Below are positions 40,030 to 51,434 of a stretch of DNA of 64,000 nucleotides, piece after piece. Below the pieces are notes generated by a model. The model worked only from the letters and a program-made list of their open reading frames with translations, was not told where the DNA came from and ran no database searches. Position numbers and translations under genes: made by a program. Numbering within the stretch: position 1 is the first letter of the stretch; every line of letters begins with the position of its first letter. Source of the DNA: Eledone cirrhosa (taxonomy: Eukaryota); assembly GCA_964016885.1 (NCBI GenBank), contig OZ024763.1, positions 22,258,001 through 22,322,000 of the forward strand, in the 5' to 3' direction.

Positions 40030-40376
40030 GTCTCGCGTTGGAGGTGAAATCTTTGTGGGTTCTTCAGTGGGAAATTTTTTTTTCTTGTGATATCAACTAA
40101 TCTGCTTCCAACATGCTCGCAATCAACTTTTTCTCCCAGAAAACGGAGACCCTAACTCCTATCACTAAATCTAACCCTAACACTAAATCTGACCCTAACT
40201 CCTAATACTAATCCCTAACCGTATATCTATCTCTAACTCCAACAACTAAACCTTAATCCGGTGGGGGGGGGGGTCGATTACGAGCATCTACGAGGTGAGA
40301 TTAGTTGATGGCTCACAAAAAAAAAATAAACAAAAGAAATAGAAAAATAATTATTCCCCACCAAACGCGAGAGGTA
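40030..40376. mobile_element. Foldback element with long imperfect inverted ends and internal CCTAAC/CCCTAA-like repeats
   Basis: The left end tctcgcgttgg...atcaactaatct...atgctcgcaatcaac mirrors the right end gtcgattacgagcat...agattagttgat...ccaaacgcgaga. Confidence 0.65.
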
Positions 40377-41019
40377 TGGGTAGATCTGTGAAACTCTGAT
40401 GGTCTTTCCGCCCGCTCTTATTGTGTACAAAGCTCAGGTGGACTACAACTCATCAAAGCTGCATGAAGAATAGAATAATGTACAAATGTCAGGAAAGTGA
40501 ACAGTGTACGAGTCGTGATATACACACACATGCATGCCCGTGTATGGAGGGGGAATATCAGGTGTAGTGTTGGCGGATTTCGGAAAGCATGGAGGTTTTG
40601 AAGGATATAGTGTCCCAACTGATGCAACTCTGAGCATGAAAAAATGTTTCATGTGTTTTTAATGAATATGACCTTCAAATCCCGTCGGAAATTATCCATT
40701 ATTTATTTATTTATTTTTTAGTTGTATGTATGGTCCCATAACTCCTGATGGAATCGTGAGGGCACTGTATTGACATACAGCGTTTCTTGGACATTTTTTA
40801 CATCTGGCAGAGCCCATCTCCTCTCCAGGTCTAAATACAGCAGATTTCTTCCAGAGAAGGATAGAATATGAGAGAGAGGAATTGAGAAAGAGATATAGAG
40901 GAAGAATTGACCCCAGTACTAGTACTTTTTTTCAGAATTGACCCCAGTACTGGTACTTTTTTTCATCGACCTCGAATAGATGGAAAGCAAAGTTTGTTTT
41001 GTTTTATTTGTCATACTTT

Positions 41020-41412
41020 CATCATCATCATCATCACTGTTTTACGTCTGTTCTTCCACGCCAGCATGGGTTAGACGGGTTGTCCTTTTGTGGGCAGTGT
41101 CCGGTCGGCTGACCTTGTCTTGCTCATACAGGAACTGATTCTGGCTTGATTTCTACAGCTGGATGCCCTTCCTAACACCAACCTCATTTTCAGTGAATGC
41201 TGGGTGCTTTTTTGCCGTGGTGCCTACACGTCCACTTTACAGTGGAATGATAGGGACCCCAGTCCTATCTTCTCATTTCTACAGCTGAGTAAACTGGAGC
41301 AATGTGAAATAAAGTGTCTTGCTCAAGGAAACAACACATCACCCGGTCCGAGAATTGAACTCACCACCTTTCAATTGCAAGCCCAATGCTCTAACCACTA
41401 AGTCATGCACCT
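41020..41412 (-). mobile_element. CORE-like SINE with RTE-type tail
   Basis: Reverse complement of the 21435 element. Confidence 0.85.
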
Positions 41413-41934
41413 TCATCATTTAACCTACTGCATTATACCAATTTTCTGAAATTTGTCAGTCATATATTACATATCTCACAATGCTTCATATTAACTATTC
41501 TACTATATCATCATCATTGTTTAATGTCCATTTTCCATGCTAGCATGGGTTAGACGGGTTGTCCCATTAGAGGCAAGTTTGGTCATGTGACCATGTCTTG
41601 CTCATATAGGACTGTTTCTGGCTCAATTTCTACGGCTAAATCTCCTTCCTAATGCCAACCACATTTACATTGTGTGCTGGGTGCTTTTTGTTGTGACTCC
41701 TATACGTTCACTTTGCAGTGTGGGCTGGATGTTTCTGTGATACCATACATAAGTATTTTAGGTACTTAGACCAGTTAGGGAAGAACACATGGAGCGTTCA
41801 TTTTTGTTTCGATCCATTTCTATTTTAAATTTGAAAAGTATTAGTCCTGAAATATTATGTTGAAATATACTGGGTAAAACATTTCTTTGTTTTGTTTTAT
41901 TTGTCATCTTTTGCCCTTTATATATTTCTACTGA

Positions 41935-42965
41935 CAAAAAGCACCCAGCCCACACTGTAAAGTGGTCGTGTAGGAGCCATAGCAAAAAGCACCAGCCCAC
42001 ACTGTAAAGTGGTCGTGTAGGAGCCACGGCAAAAAGCACCAGCCCACACTGTAAAGTGGTCGTGTAGGAGCCATAGCAAAAAGCACCAGCCCACACTGTA
42101 AAGTGGTCGTGTAGGAGCCACGGCAAAAAGCACCAGCCCACACTGTAAACTGGTCGTGTAGGAGCCATAGCAAAAAGCACCAGCCCACACTGTAAAGTGG
42201 TCGTGTAGGAGTCACGGCAAAAAGCACCAGCCCACACTGTAAAGTGGTCGTGTAGGAGTCACGGCAAAAAGCACCAGCCCACACTGTAAAGTGGTCGTGT
42301 AGGAGCCATAGCAAAAAGCACCAGCCCACACTGTAAAGTGGTCGTGTAGGAGTCACGGCAAAAAGCACCAGCCCACACTGTAAAGTGGTCGTGTAGGAGT
42401 CACGGCAAAAAGCACCAGCCCACACTGTAAAGTGGTCGTGTAGGAGCCATAGCAAAAAGCACCAGCCCACACTGTAAAGTGGTCGTGTAGGAGCCATAGC
42501 AAAAAGCACCAGCCCACACTGTAAAGTGGTCGTGTAGGAGCCATAGCAAAAAGCACCAGCCCACACTGTAAAGTGGTCGTGTAGGAGCCATAGCAAAAAG
42601 CACCAGCCGACACTGTAAAGTGGTCGTGTAGGAGCCATAGCAAAAAGCACCAGCCCACACTGTAAAGTGGTCGTGTAGGAGCCATAGCAAAAAGCACCAG
42701 CCCACACTGTAAAGTGGTCGTGTAGGAGCCATAGCAAAAAGCACCAGCCCACACTGTAAAGTGGTCGTGTAGGAGCCATAGCAAAAAGCACCAGCCCACA
42801 CTGTAAAGTGGTCGTGTAGGAGCCATAGCAAAAAGCACCAGCCCACACTGTAAAGTGGTCGTGTAGGAGCCATAGCAAAAAGCACCAGCCCACACTGTAA
42901 AGTGGTCGTGTAGGAGCCACAGCAAAAAGCACCCAGCCCACACTCTAAAGGGGTTGTGTAGGAGT
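41935..42965 (+). repeat. 47-bp minisatellite, about 21 copies, derived from the RTE 3' UTR unit
   Basis: Unit aaaaagcaccagcccacactgtaaagtggtcgtgtaggagccatagc. Confidence 0.97.
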
Positions 42966-43049
42966 CTTATCAGTCTTTTATTACATATCTGTGAATGCTT
43001 TGTATTAACTACACTATGTTAATTGAAATGTTTGTATTTCTTGCAGACC

Positions 43050-43826
43050 ATGAATAAACACATTGATTTCTACTGGGTAAATGACATGATTCCTTTTGAG
43101 GAAGATTCCAGGCATGAATTCAAATGTCATAAAAATTTGGCAGTCGAAGACCTACCACCATGGACCCAGGAGAACCAGAGACGTACGCGGAGGTCAGTAT
43201 CTCGCACTCTGAATGCTTTTCTGAACACGGGCCAAGGAGGTACAGTCTACCTCGGTGTTGCGGACGATGGTGCGATTGTAGGGTTGCCGTTAACACTCTT
43301 ACAGAGGGACCACATGAAGGTTAACCTCGACAACCTGATGAAACGCTACAAACCGAAAGTGGACGTGAACCGATACGCAATTCATTTTGTACCGGTTATC
43401 AGTCATACACTTTCGAAGATCGAAGCCTATCGGAAATGCAGCAAAATCAGCCAGGAGAATGAAATCTACTCGAAAGAGGAGCGCCTGCAAAACCATTTAT
43501 GTCAGTCATATGCCAGATGCTGGTGTGATGCACACGCCAACATGATGGTGAAAGAAGGGATAGCTATACACAAGTTTGTTATTGAAATCTATATGAAACC
43601 CTGGGACCAGGAGACCATGATCTGGAACGACATCGTTCCCGGAGTCAACCTGCACCCTTTACATACGAATGAGGAGGGTTTGGTATTTACAAGGACTTTG
43701 GCAGGGGTTAAACCCTGTGATGACCAAGACATTATAAATATTACCACAAAAGATGTGCAACTGATATTCCAGACAAGAATTAATAATATTAAGAAAAAAA
43801 TTGAAGCATTAAAAGCTGAGAATTAA
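43050..43826 (+). CDS. Schlafen-like / AlbA_2 (PF04326-type) domain protein, 258 aa, single coding exon
   Basis: This is a complex, non-repetitive ORF with Schlafen core motifs FEEDSRHEFK and LNAFLNTGQGGTVYLGVADDGAIVGL. The acceptor tttgtatttcttgcAG ends at 43046 and is followed by accATG at 43050. The track's TTG start at 43023 is intronic. Confidence 0.9.
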   Translation: MNKHIDFYWVNDMIPFEEDSRHEFKCHKNLAVEDLPPWTQENQRRTRRSVSRTLNAFLNTGQGGTVYLGVADDGAIVGLPLTLLQRDHMKVNLDNLMKRYKPKVDVNRYAIHFVPVISHTLSKIEAYRKCSKISQENEIYSKEERLQNHLCQSYARCWCDAHANMMVKEGIAIHKFVIEIYMKPWDQETMIWNDIVPGVNLHPLHTNEEGLVFTRTLAGVKPCDDQDIINITTKDVQLIFQTRINNIKKKIEALKAEN

Positions 43827-44434
43827 TTATGTTAGATGTTGTTGTTGTTGATTATCACCGTTTCAAGTCCACTTTCCATGCTAGTATGGGTTGGACAGGT
43901 TGTCAAAGTTTGAAACTGGTGTTAAAACTCTCGATGACCATCATCATCACTATTTAACATCCATTTTTCCACGCTTGCATGGGTTACATGGGTTGTTACG
44001 TTATGAGATAGGTCAGGTCCAGCGACTATGTCTTGCTCACATGGATCTGTATGTTGGCTTGGTTCCTATGGCTGGATGCCCTTCCTAACGCCAACCACTT
44101 TACAGTGTGGGCTGGGTGCTTTTTATCATGACACCAACATGACCACTTTACAGTGTGGACTGTGTGCTTTTTTATCATGACACCAACATGACCACTTTAC
44201 AGTGTGGACTGTGTGCTTTTTTATCATGACACCAACATGACCACTTTACAGTGTGGACTATGTGCTTTTTGTCATGTCACCGAAACAACCACGATATATG
44301 TGTTGGACAAAGCCTTTGCTTGCACTGCATCCCTCCACTTGTCATTTCAGTTAAGTAGATAAAGATGAAGAGACCCTGCACAAAATGGAGTACACTCTCA
44401 ACAGCAGCATCAGCAACATTCTGTGGCTAAGGTT

Positions 44435-45095
44435 TAGTCTGATCCTGAGCGAGGCTGTTGATATCTTCCGATCCAGCCACGCAGTCACAGTCACCTAGCA
44501 GCTTGTAGATATTGTCCCCCGGTCGGGGAGATCAGGTGATCCTGAGCCATGCTGGTAATATCCTTCGGTCCCACCATACAGCCTCAGTCAGCCAACCACT
44601 TCTAAATCTGCTCTAGATATTATCTCTCCAGTTGGAGAATTCTAGTGATCCTAAGCCATACTGGTGATATCTTTCAGTCCCACCACACAGTCTCAGTCAG
44701 CCAACAGCTCTTAGATGTGCTCCAGATATTGTCTTTTCTGTCAGGGGAGCTCTAGTGATATCCTTCGGTCCTACCACAGAGTCTCTACCCAACAGCTCTA
44801 AATACGGTCTCTTCTAGTGATCCTAAGCCATGCTGGTGATATCTTCCAGTCCCACCACACAGTCACAGTCACCAAAACAGATTCTAAACATGCTCTAGAT
44901 ATTATCTCTTCTGTCGGGGAGCTCTGATGATCCTGAACCAGGCCGATGATATCCTCCAGTCCAGCCACACAGTCTCAGTCAGCCAGCAGCTCCCTCTGTG
45001 ATGTACTCTACTGTCACATTTGGTGATCCTGAGCCAGGCTAGTGATATCCTCCTGTCCAACTACACAGTCTCAGTCAGCCAGCAACTCCTAGACT
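44435..45095. repeat. Degenerate ~100-110-bp tandem repeat
   Basis: gtgatcctgagccatgctggtgatatcc...cacagtctcagtcagcca units. Confidence 0.8.
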
Positions 45096-45275
45096 ACTGG
45101 CTGTTCTTCTGGTCTAACTTTCTGATAACATCTTGTGGGGTGTACATCACATATTTGTGCAGGAGCTCAGTTACTGAGAGTTTGTGTCACCCAGACCATA
45201 ATGTCTAACCTAACCAGGGAGATGACTTTTGAATCCTTTCATATAGTGTTTGAAGGGCAGCTGCACCCTCATTGT

Positions 45276-45680
45276 GGAGGCACATGGCCTAGTGGTAAGG
45301 GCATTGGACTTACGATCATAACATCGTGGGTTCGATTTCTGGACTGGGTTGTGTTTTGTGTGTGTGTTTTTGAGCAAAACCCTTCATTTCATGTTACTCT
45401 AGTATACTCAGCTGAAAAGAAATACCAGCTATAGCTGGAGGTTTAACACTGTGATGGACAGACGTCCTGCCCAGGAGAGAGTCTTAGTCGCTTCACGCCA
45501 TAGAAACCAAGTTAAGGGCCAGCCTGATGACCCTCCAGGGTCGAGACAGACTTTAACATTGCGATGGACTGGCATCCTGTCCAGGGGATGTTTTGTACTC
45601 TCAGTCGCTTTGTGCCACAGAAACCACAATAAGCATCGGCCTGATGGGCCTCAGGGTTGAGACAGACTTCAGACTTCACC
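45276..45680 (+). mobile_element. CORE-like SINE with a different, duplicated tail
   Basis: Same head and core, then gatggactggcatcctgtccagggg...ggcctgatg...gagacagacttt twice. Minus-strand relatives lie at 6830-7215 and 12730-12985. Confidence 0.8.
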
Positions 45681-45880
45681 CTCATTAATGTTGTTCTCAT
45701 GGATGTCAGAGAAGATTGGTAGAGTCAATAATACATCGGACAAAATGCCGTCATGGTTAACTTTGCCTTTCATCCTTCCACAGTTGATAAAATAAAGTAC
45801 CAGTCACATACTGGGGACCGGTATAATCGGCTTTCCTTTCCCCCATAAATTGTTGACCTTGTGCCTAAAATAGAAATTAT

Positions 45881-46101
45881 TTAAAATCTTTAGCATTCAC
45901 ATTACTCTATATTTATTATATCAATCATATTATTGCCTCCATCTCTCTATTTACTATTGTATTTCACAGAAAAGGCTTTATCTTTTATAATATCGAATCT
46001 ATAAGAACAATACCTTAACAAAAGTATGAGCGGCCAGTTTGAACAGAATGAGGCGAGAGAATTCTAGCTGGATGTGGCCGGTTTAAGTGCTAAAGGGTTA
46101 G
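45881..46101. mobile_element. piggyBac-type MITE, degenerate
   Basis: ttaaaatctttagcattcac...taagtgctaaagggttag, with the same internal sequence as the 34169 copy. Confidence 0.75.
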
Positions 46102-46599
46102 CGCATGGTGTATCTAAGATTATATTGTCCACACATCTTTCCTATTTTTTTTAAGGTATGTGGAAGAGACATAAATTTGAGTTGGGCGAAGGCATCTGAC
46201 AACTGGCAGCCTTGTGTGTTGGAGATATCATCACTCAATGTCCCACAAGGTGGAAAACGAAATTAAGATATAGTCAGGCACAACCAGGAAGATTTACTCT
46301 TTAAAGGGGGTGACAACTCTTCATAACCAAAATCTAAGCACATATATCTGTACATAACACACTTATATATTCGTATGTGTATATATATATTTATTAATCA
46401 GTTGATTCAGGTTTATTTAAAACTCCGTTATATATATTTCACTGAGGACTATCAGCTATGAAAGCCTGAGCTCTTCAGATGGCAAAACCTACAAAAACTT
46501 GAAAACATTGAAAGTTTCTCAAAATTGTTGTTACTACTACCATTGTTGTTATTACTACCACTGTTGTTGTTGCTTTCATATATATATATATATATATAT

Positions 46600-47280
46600 C
46601 ATCATCATCATCATCATCATCGTTTAACGTCCATCTTCAACATTAGCATGGGTTAGACTGTTTTGTTCCATTTGATGTGGGAATGGTCGGGAGACCACGT
46701 CTCGCTCGCACAGAAGCGTCTCTGGCAGGTTTTTTACAGCTGGATGCCCTTCCTAACGCCAAGCCAACTACATTTACAGTCTGGACTGGGAGCCTTTTCA
46801 CTGTGTCTCCTACACGGCCACCTTACAGTGTGGACTGTTGTGTCATCGACACAGTGGACAGAACGGGAGAGGGAGGGTGGGGTGTACATTGGGTTAAGAG
46901 GTGTCTACTGACTGTAGGTTTGTATGCAATGGCAGTCGGGACTTCTGTACAACTGCATGGCACCAAAGGTCTCGATCCAGTGTCATTGTCTTAGAGAAGT
47001 GTAGGTGAGCAAGGTCAGTTTTTATCACCTCGTCCCAGGTTTTTCTTGGTTTACTCACTTCACAGCTTCCATCAATTTTCATTGCCCTGCACTTTATTAT
47101 ACAGCTGTCGTCCTCATACGCATCACATGTCCATACCAACGCAATCTCCTCTCCAGAACACAACATTTGATACCTCTTATACTTAGTCTCCCTCTTAATT
47201 CGTTTATGCTTTGCCTTTTGCGCGCATTACTATTACACATCCATTGGAGCCTGCAAGCTTCATTTCTTTCTAATCTAATA
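46600..47280 (-). mobile_element. 5'-truncated RTE LINE copy
   Basis: RRLRWYGHVMR and KPRKTWDEVIKTDL, followed by the 3' UTR and a (CAT)n tail on the + strand. Confidence 0.9.
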
Positions 47281-47384
47281 TCTATATGAGATGTCAACAT
47301 GAATGGACCTTTTATTTTTATCTAAAGACATTTTTTCCAATTCCAACCCGCCCGTCCACTCAATCTATCTTATTTCTCATTCTT

Positions 47385-47420
47385 TCTTCTGATGAAGGAC
47401 TAGCATCCGAAACGTTAAGA
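47385..47420 (+). ncRNA. Minimal type I hammerhead motif in a Penelope-like pLTR fragment (47330-47510)
   Basis: TCTT-CTGATGA-a-GGA ctagca TCC-GAAAC-GTT-AAGA. Decayed copies lie on the minus strand at 35400-35580 and 49275-49390. Confidence 0.65.
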
Positions 47421-47577
47421 CCCTCTTCCTGCTATATCAAGCATTAACCTAATATATCCCTTCCATATACTGTACCGATTGTGTTGTTATTTCTGTTTAC
47501 CTTTTACATTATATATATATATATATATTAACAAATGGAAACTACATATATATATATGTGTGTGTGTGTGTATGTAT

Positions 47578-47875
47578 GAGGAGCAGTGGAAGTTCCTGAG
47601 AGATAATCTACTGAAGGCCACAAATGAGGTATGTGACTGAAGCACAGGTCCAGGGAGTAGGTGAGTAACTTGGTGGAATAGTAGGGTGGGTGAAACAAGA
47701 CTAAGAGACAGTCATGGAAAGAATGGCAAAATGGGGGTAGCAGAGAACTTTACCAAGAGGCCAGGAGAGGGGCTATAAAGTGACATGTATACTTTGCAAA
47801 GAGGCAAGCAGAAAATAAAGTTTATGCATGTTATGTGACATGATGACCAAAGATTTTAGGTGTTCTGGATCGCAA
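47578..47875 (+). mobile_element. Degraded internal RTE fragment
   Basis: EQWKFLRDNLLKATNEV...VTWW is homologous to EQWEFLKANLLKATDET...VTWWW in the ORF at 20461-20853. Confidence 0.7.
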
Positions 47876-47884
47876 GGTAGTGCA

Positions 47885-48472
47885 TCAGCTTTTCATTATG
47901 ACACCAGCACTACCACTTTACAGAGGTGCATTTTATCATGGTACCAGCACAACCACTTTACAGAATGTATTGGGTGCATTTTATCATGGCACAAGCACTA
48001 CCACTTTACAGAATGTACCAGGTGCATTTTATAATAGCACCAGCACTACCACTTTACAAGGTGGACTGAGTGCTTTTCATTATGACTCCAGCATTACAAC
48101 TTTACAGACTGTACTAGGTGCATTTTGTCATGGCACTAGCACTACCACTTTACAGAATTTACTGGATGCATTTTATCGTGGCACCAGCACTACCACTTTA
48201 CAGAATATACTGGGTGCATTTTATCATGGCATCATTACAACCACTTTACAGAATGTACTGGGTGCATTTTATCATGGCACAAGCATTAAAACTTTACAGA
48301 GTACACTGGATGCTCTTTTTTTGTGGCATGAGCACAACGACTTTACAGAATGTACTGGGTGTATTTTATCATGGCACCAGCGCTAACACTTTACAGCATG
48401 GATTGGGTCTTCTTTATCATGGCACCAGCACAACCACTTTACAGAATGTACCGGGTGTATTTTATCATGGCA
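47885..48472 (-). repeat. ~48-bp degenerate minisatellite (RTE 3' UTR unit)
   Basis: Unit ggcaccagcactaccactttacagaatgtactgggtgcattttatcat. Confidence 0.9.
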
Positions 48473-48924
48473 TGCTCATAATAATTTAATCAATATCTAC
48501 CACATGTCTACTTTCCAAACCAACACACACACTCACTCACCTGAACAAATCATCAACATCTGTTGAAATACAATACCTGTGTCCTTCAGATCAATGGCAA
48601 AGATCATTTTATCGACATTGAAAGAAATCAATACCAAACAACAACAAAAAACAGAAGGAGGATTAACATGAAGCAACAGTGTAACCAATGGTTACATTTG
48701 CGACAGCTGTACTTTGTATTTCAGTTATAATTATTGTTGAATTAGTTATTTGTGTTTTTGATCTGTGTGGGTCAGCCATGCTGATAGCAGATCTATAATT
48801 GATGCTGTATCAGCTGTGATAATCTACTACTTTCAGACATAGCATATCTAGGACACTCTACATTCACACACACACTTATATATATGTGTGGTGTGGTGTG
48901 TGTGTGTGTGTATATATATATATG

Positions 48925-49250
48925 TGGTTAGAGCATTAGCCTTGCAATCGAAAGGTTGTGAGTTCAATTCTCAGACCGGGTGATGTGTTGTTTCCTTGAG
49001 CAAGACACTTTATTTCACATTGCTCCAGTTTACTCAGCTGTAGAAATGAGATGATAGGGACTGGGGTCCATATCATTCCACTGTAAAGTGGTCGTGGAGG
49101 TGCCACGGCAAAAAAGCACCCAGCACTCACTGTAAATAAGGTTGGTGTTAGGAAGGGCATCCAGCTGTAGAAATCAAGCCAGAATCAGTTCCCGTCCCAC
49201 CCTTGCAAGCAGGGAAAAGCGGATGCAAAATGTTGATGTTGTTGATGATG
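48925..49250 (+). mobile_element. CORE-like SINE with RTE-type tail
   Basis: Near-identical to the 21435 element. Confidence 0.85.
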
Positions 49251-49914
49251 TTTGTGTGCACACGCATATATATATATAAAAGGTAAACAGAAATAACAAC
49301 ACAATTGGTATAGTATATGGAAGGAATATATTAGGTTAACGCTTGAAATAGCAGGAAGAGGGTCTTAACAGACAGGGTGGAATTTGAAAAAAAAATATAT
49401 ATATATGAAAAGATTCAGGACACCGACAGCTGAGCTCTGGCCCTGTCGGCAGCTAGATCTGAACTAAGCCACCAGTATATATATATATTGAAGACGTGTG
49501 GCTGAGTGGTTGGAGAATTGGAATCGCAATCGTAAGGTTGTGAGTTCGATTCCTGGACCAGGCGATGCGTTATGTCCTTGAGCAAGACACTTTATTTCAC
49601 GTTGCTCCTTCTACCTGGAGTTGCGACCGATAGATAGTATTAGCAATTGGAAAGACCAACGGAAACATTGTTCCCTCGGTCCGATTTGACGAAAGTCGAT
49701 CGTTCTTTCATATATATGTGTGTGTGAGTCCCGGGTTCAATCAGGGTAACCACAGTAATTGAAGTACTCAATACATTAATAAAGTATATACAAAATTTAA
49801 TATAGAAATGGCTTCTATGATTTCTTTCAAATGAAACAGTTCTAGTCCTGTAGAAGTCATTTATATATATATATATATGTTAGAAAAAACGAGGACGTTT
49901 CATTTACGATCGAC

Positions 49915-50732
49915 TCCGCTGGATGTAATATACGTGAACGGCAAAGCATAAACGAACTAAGGAAAAAATTAGAAATAAGAGGGATCAGATGCTGTTTACT
50001 CGAGAGAAGGCTACATTGGTATGGGCACGTGATGAGCATGAAAGATAACAGCTGTATAACAAAGTGCAGGGCAATAAAGATAGATGGTAGCCACGGAGTA
50101 GGCAGACCCAGAAAAACCTGGGACGAGCTGATAAATTCCGACCTCACACACTTACACCTCTCCAAGACAATGTCACTGGACCGAGACCTTTGGCGGTACT
50201 CAGTAACAGAGAAGACCCGCGTTACCTAAATACAAAGTAAAACCTACTACAGTCAGTAGGCATCTCTAACAAAATACACCCCCGTCCCACCACCCCCACC
50301 CCATCCACACCGCCCCTTTCAATGTAAAGTTATGTTGGTGCCACAAAATCCAGGCCGAAACAAATGAGATCGTGTAGGTGTCACGAAAAAAAAAACACAC
50401 AGTCTACGCTGTAATGTGACCGTGTAGGCAACACGGTAAAAACGTCCCAGTCCCACACTGTAAATGTGGTTGGTGTTAGGAAGGGCATCCAGCTGTAGAA
50501 AACCTGCCAGACAGTCCACGCTGTAATGTGGCCGTGTAGGCAACACGGTAAAAACCTCCCAGCCCCACACTGTAAATGTGGTTGGTGTTAGGAAGGGTAT
50601 CCAGCTGTAGAAAACCTGCCAGACAGTCCTATGCGAGCAAGACAATCACTCTTGCCTCAAGTGGGAAAACTCCCGTCCAAACCCATGCAAGCATGGAACA
50701 CAGACGTTAAACGATGATGATGATGATGATGA
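49915..50732 (+). mobile_element. 5'-truncated copy of the same RTE LINE
   Basis: Closely similar to the reverse complement of 18165-18835 (CNIRERQSINEL...GRPRKTWDELINSDL). The 3' UTR has an internal duplication and ends in (GAT)n. Confidence 0.9.
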
Positions 50733-51434
50733 AAAATATTTATTGCGTATCGACCTGTTGCACCAATATTTCACCGTACTAGCTACACTATATATATATA
50801 TATATACATACACACAATATCATATATATAAAACATATATACACCGTATATATACAAACATACATAAATATATATATACTATATATACAAGCATGCATAA
50901 ATATTTATATGATGATGTGTGTGTATATATGTAAGTATGTATATATATGTAAGGCATATATGACGTGTGTATATGATACTTGCATGAAAAATGGCTGTTA
51001 AACAACGATGATGATGATATATATGCTAAGTTTGATTATATATATATATACATATATATATATACAAAGATAGCACAGCAGTGTGATCTGACAGCGTATT
51101 TAGAAATAAATCAACAAACAATGTATGGAAGATTTAGATTGATGCTGTCTGTTGATTGAAATGTTGTGACATCTGGACTGGATTAGATTTTGACAGTAGG
51201 GATTTATGTATGTGTGGGTATCTGGTCAGTGAAGGTGATCAAGGTGATGTATCATATATATATATATGTGTGTTTGTGTATATATATATGATGTGTTGTT
51301 TCCTTGAGCAAGACACTTTATTTCACATTGCTCCAGTTTACTCACCTGTAGAAATGAGATGATAGGATTGGGGTCCCTATCATTCCACTGCAAAGTGGAC
51401 GTGTAGGCGCCACGGAAAAAATCACCCAGCACTC

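Noticed and set aside
41758-42943. Trp/Cys-rich ORFs on the minus strand
   Set aside because: They are translations of the 47-bp minisatellite.
43023-43049. TTG start given by the ORF track for the Schlafen-like gene
   Set aside because: It lies in the polypyrimidine tract/acceptor. The ATG at 43050 is the plausible eukaryotic start.
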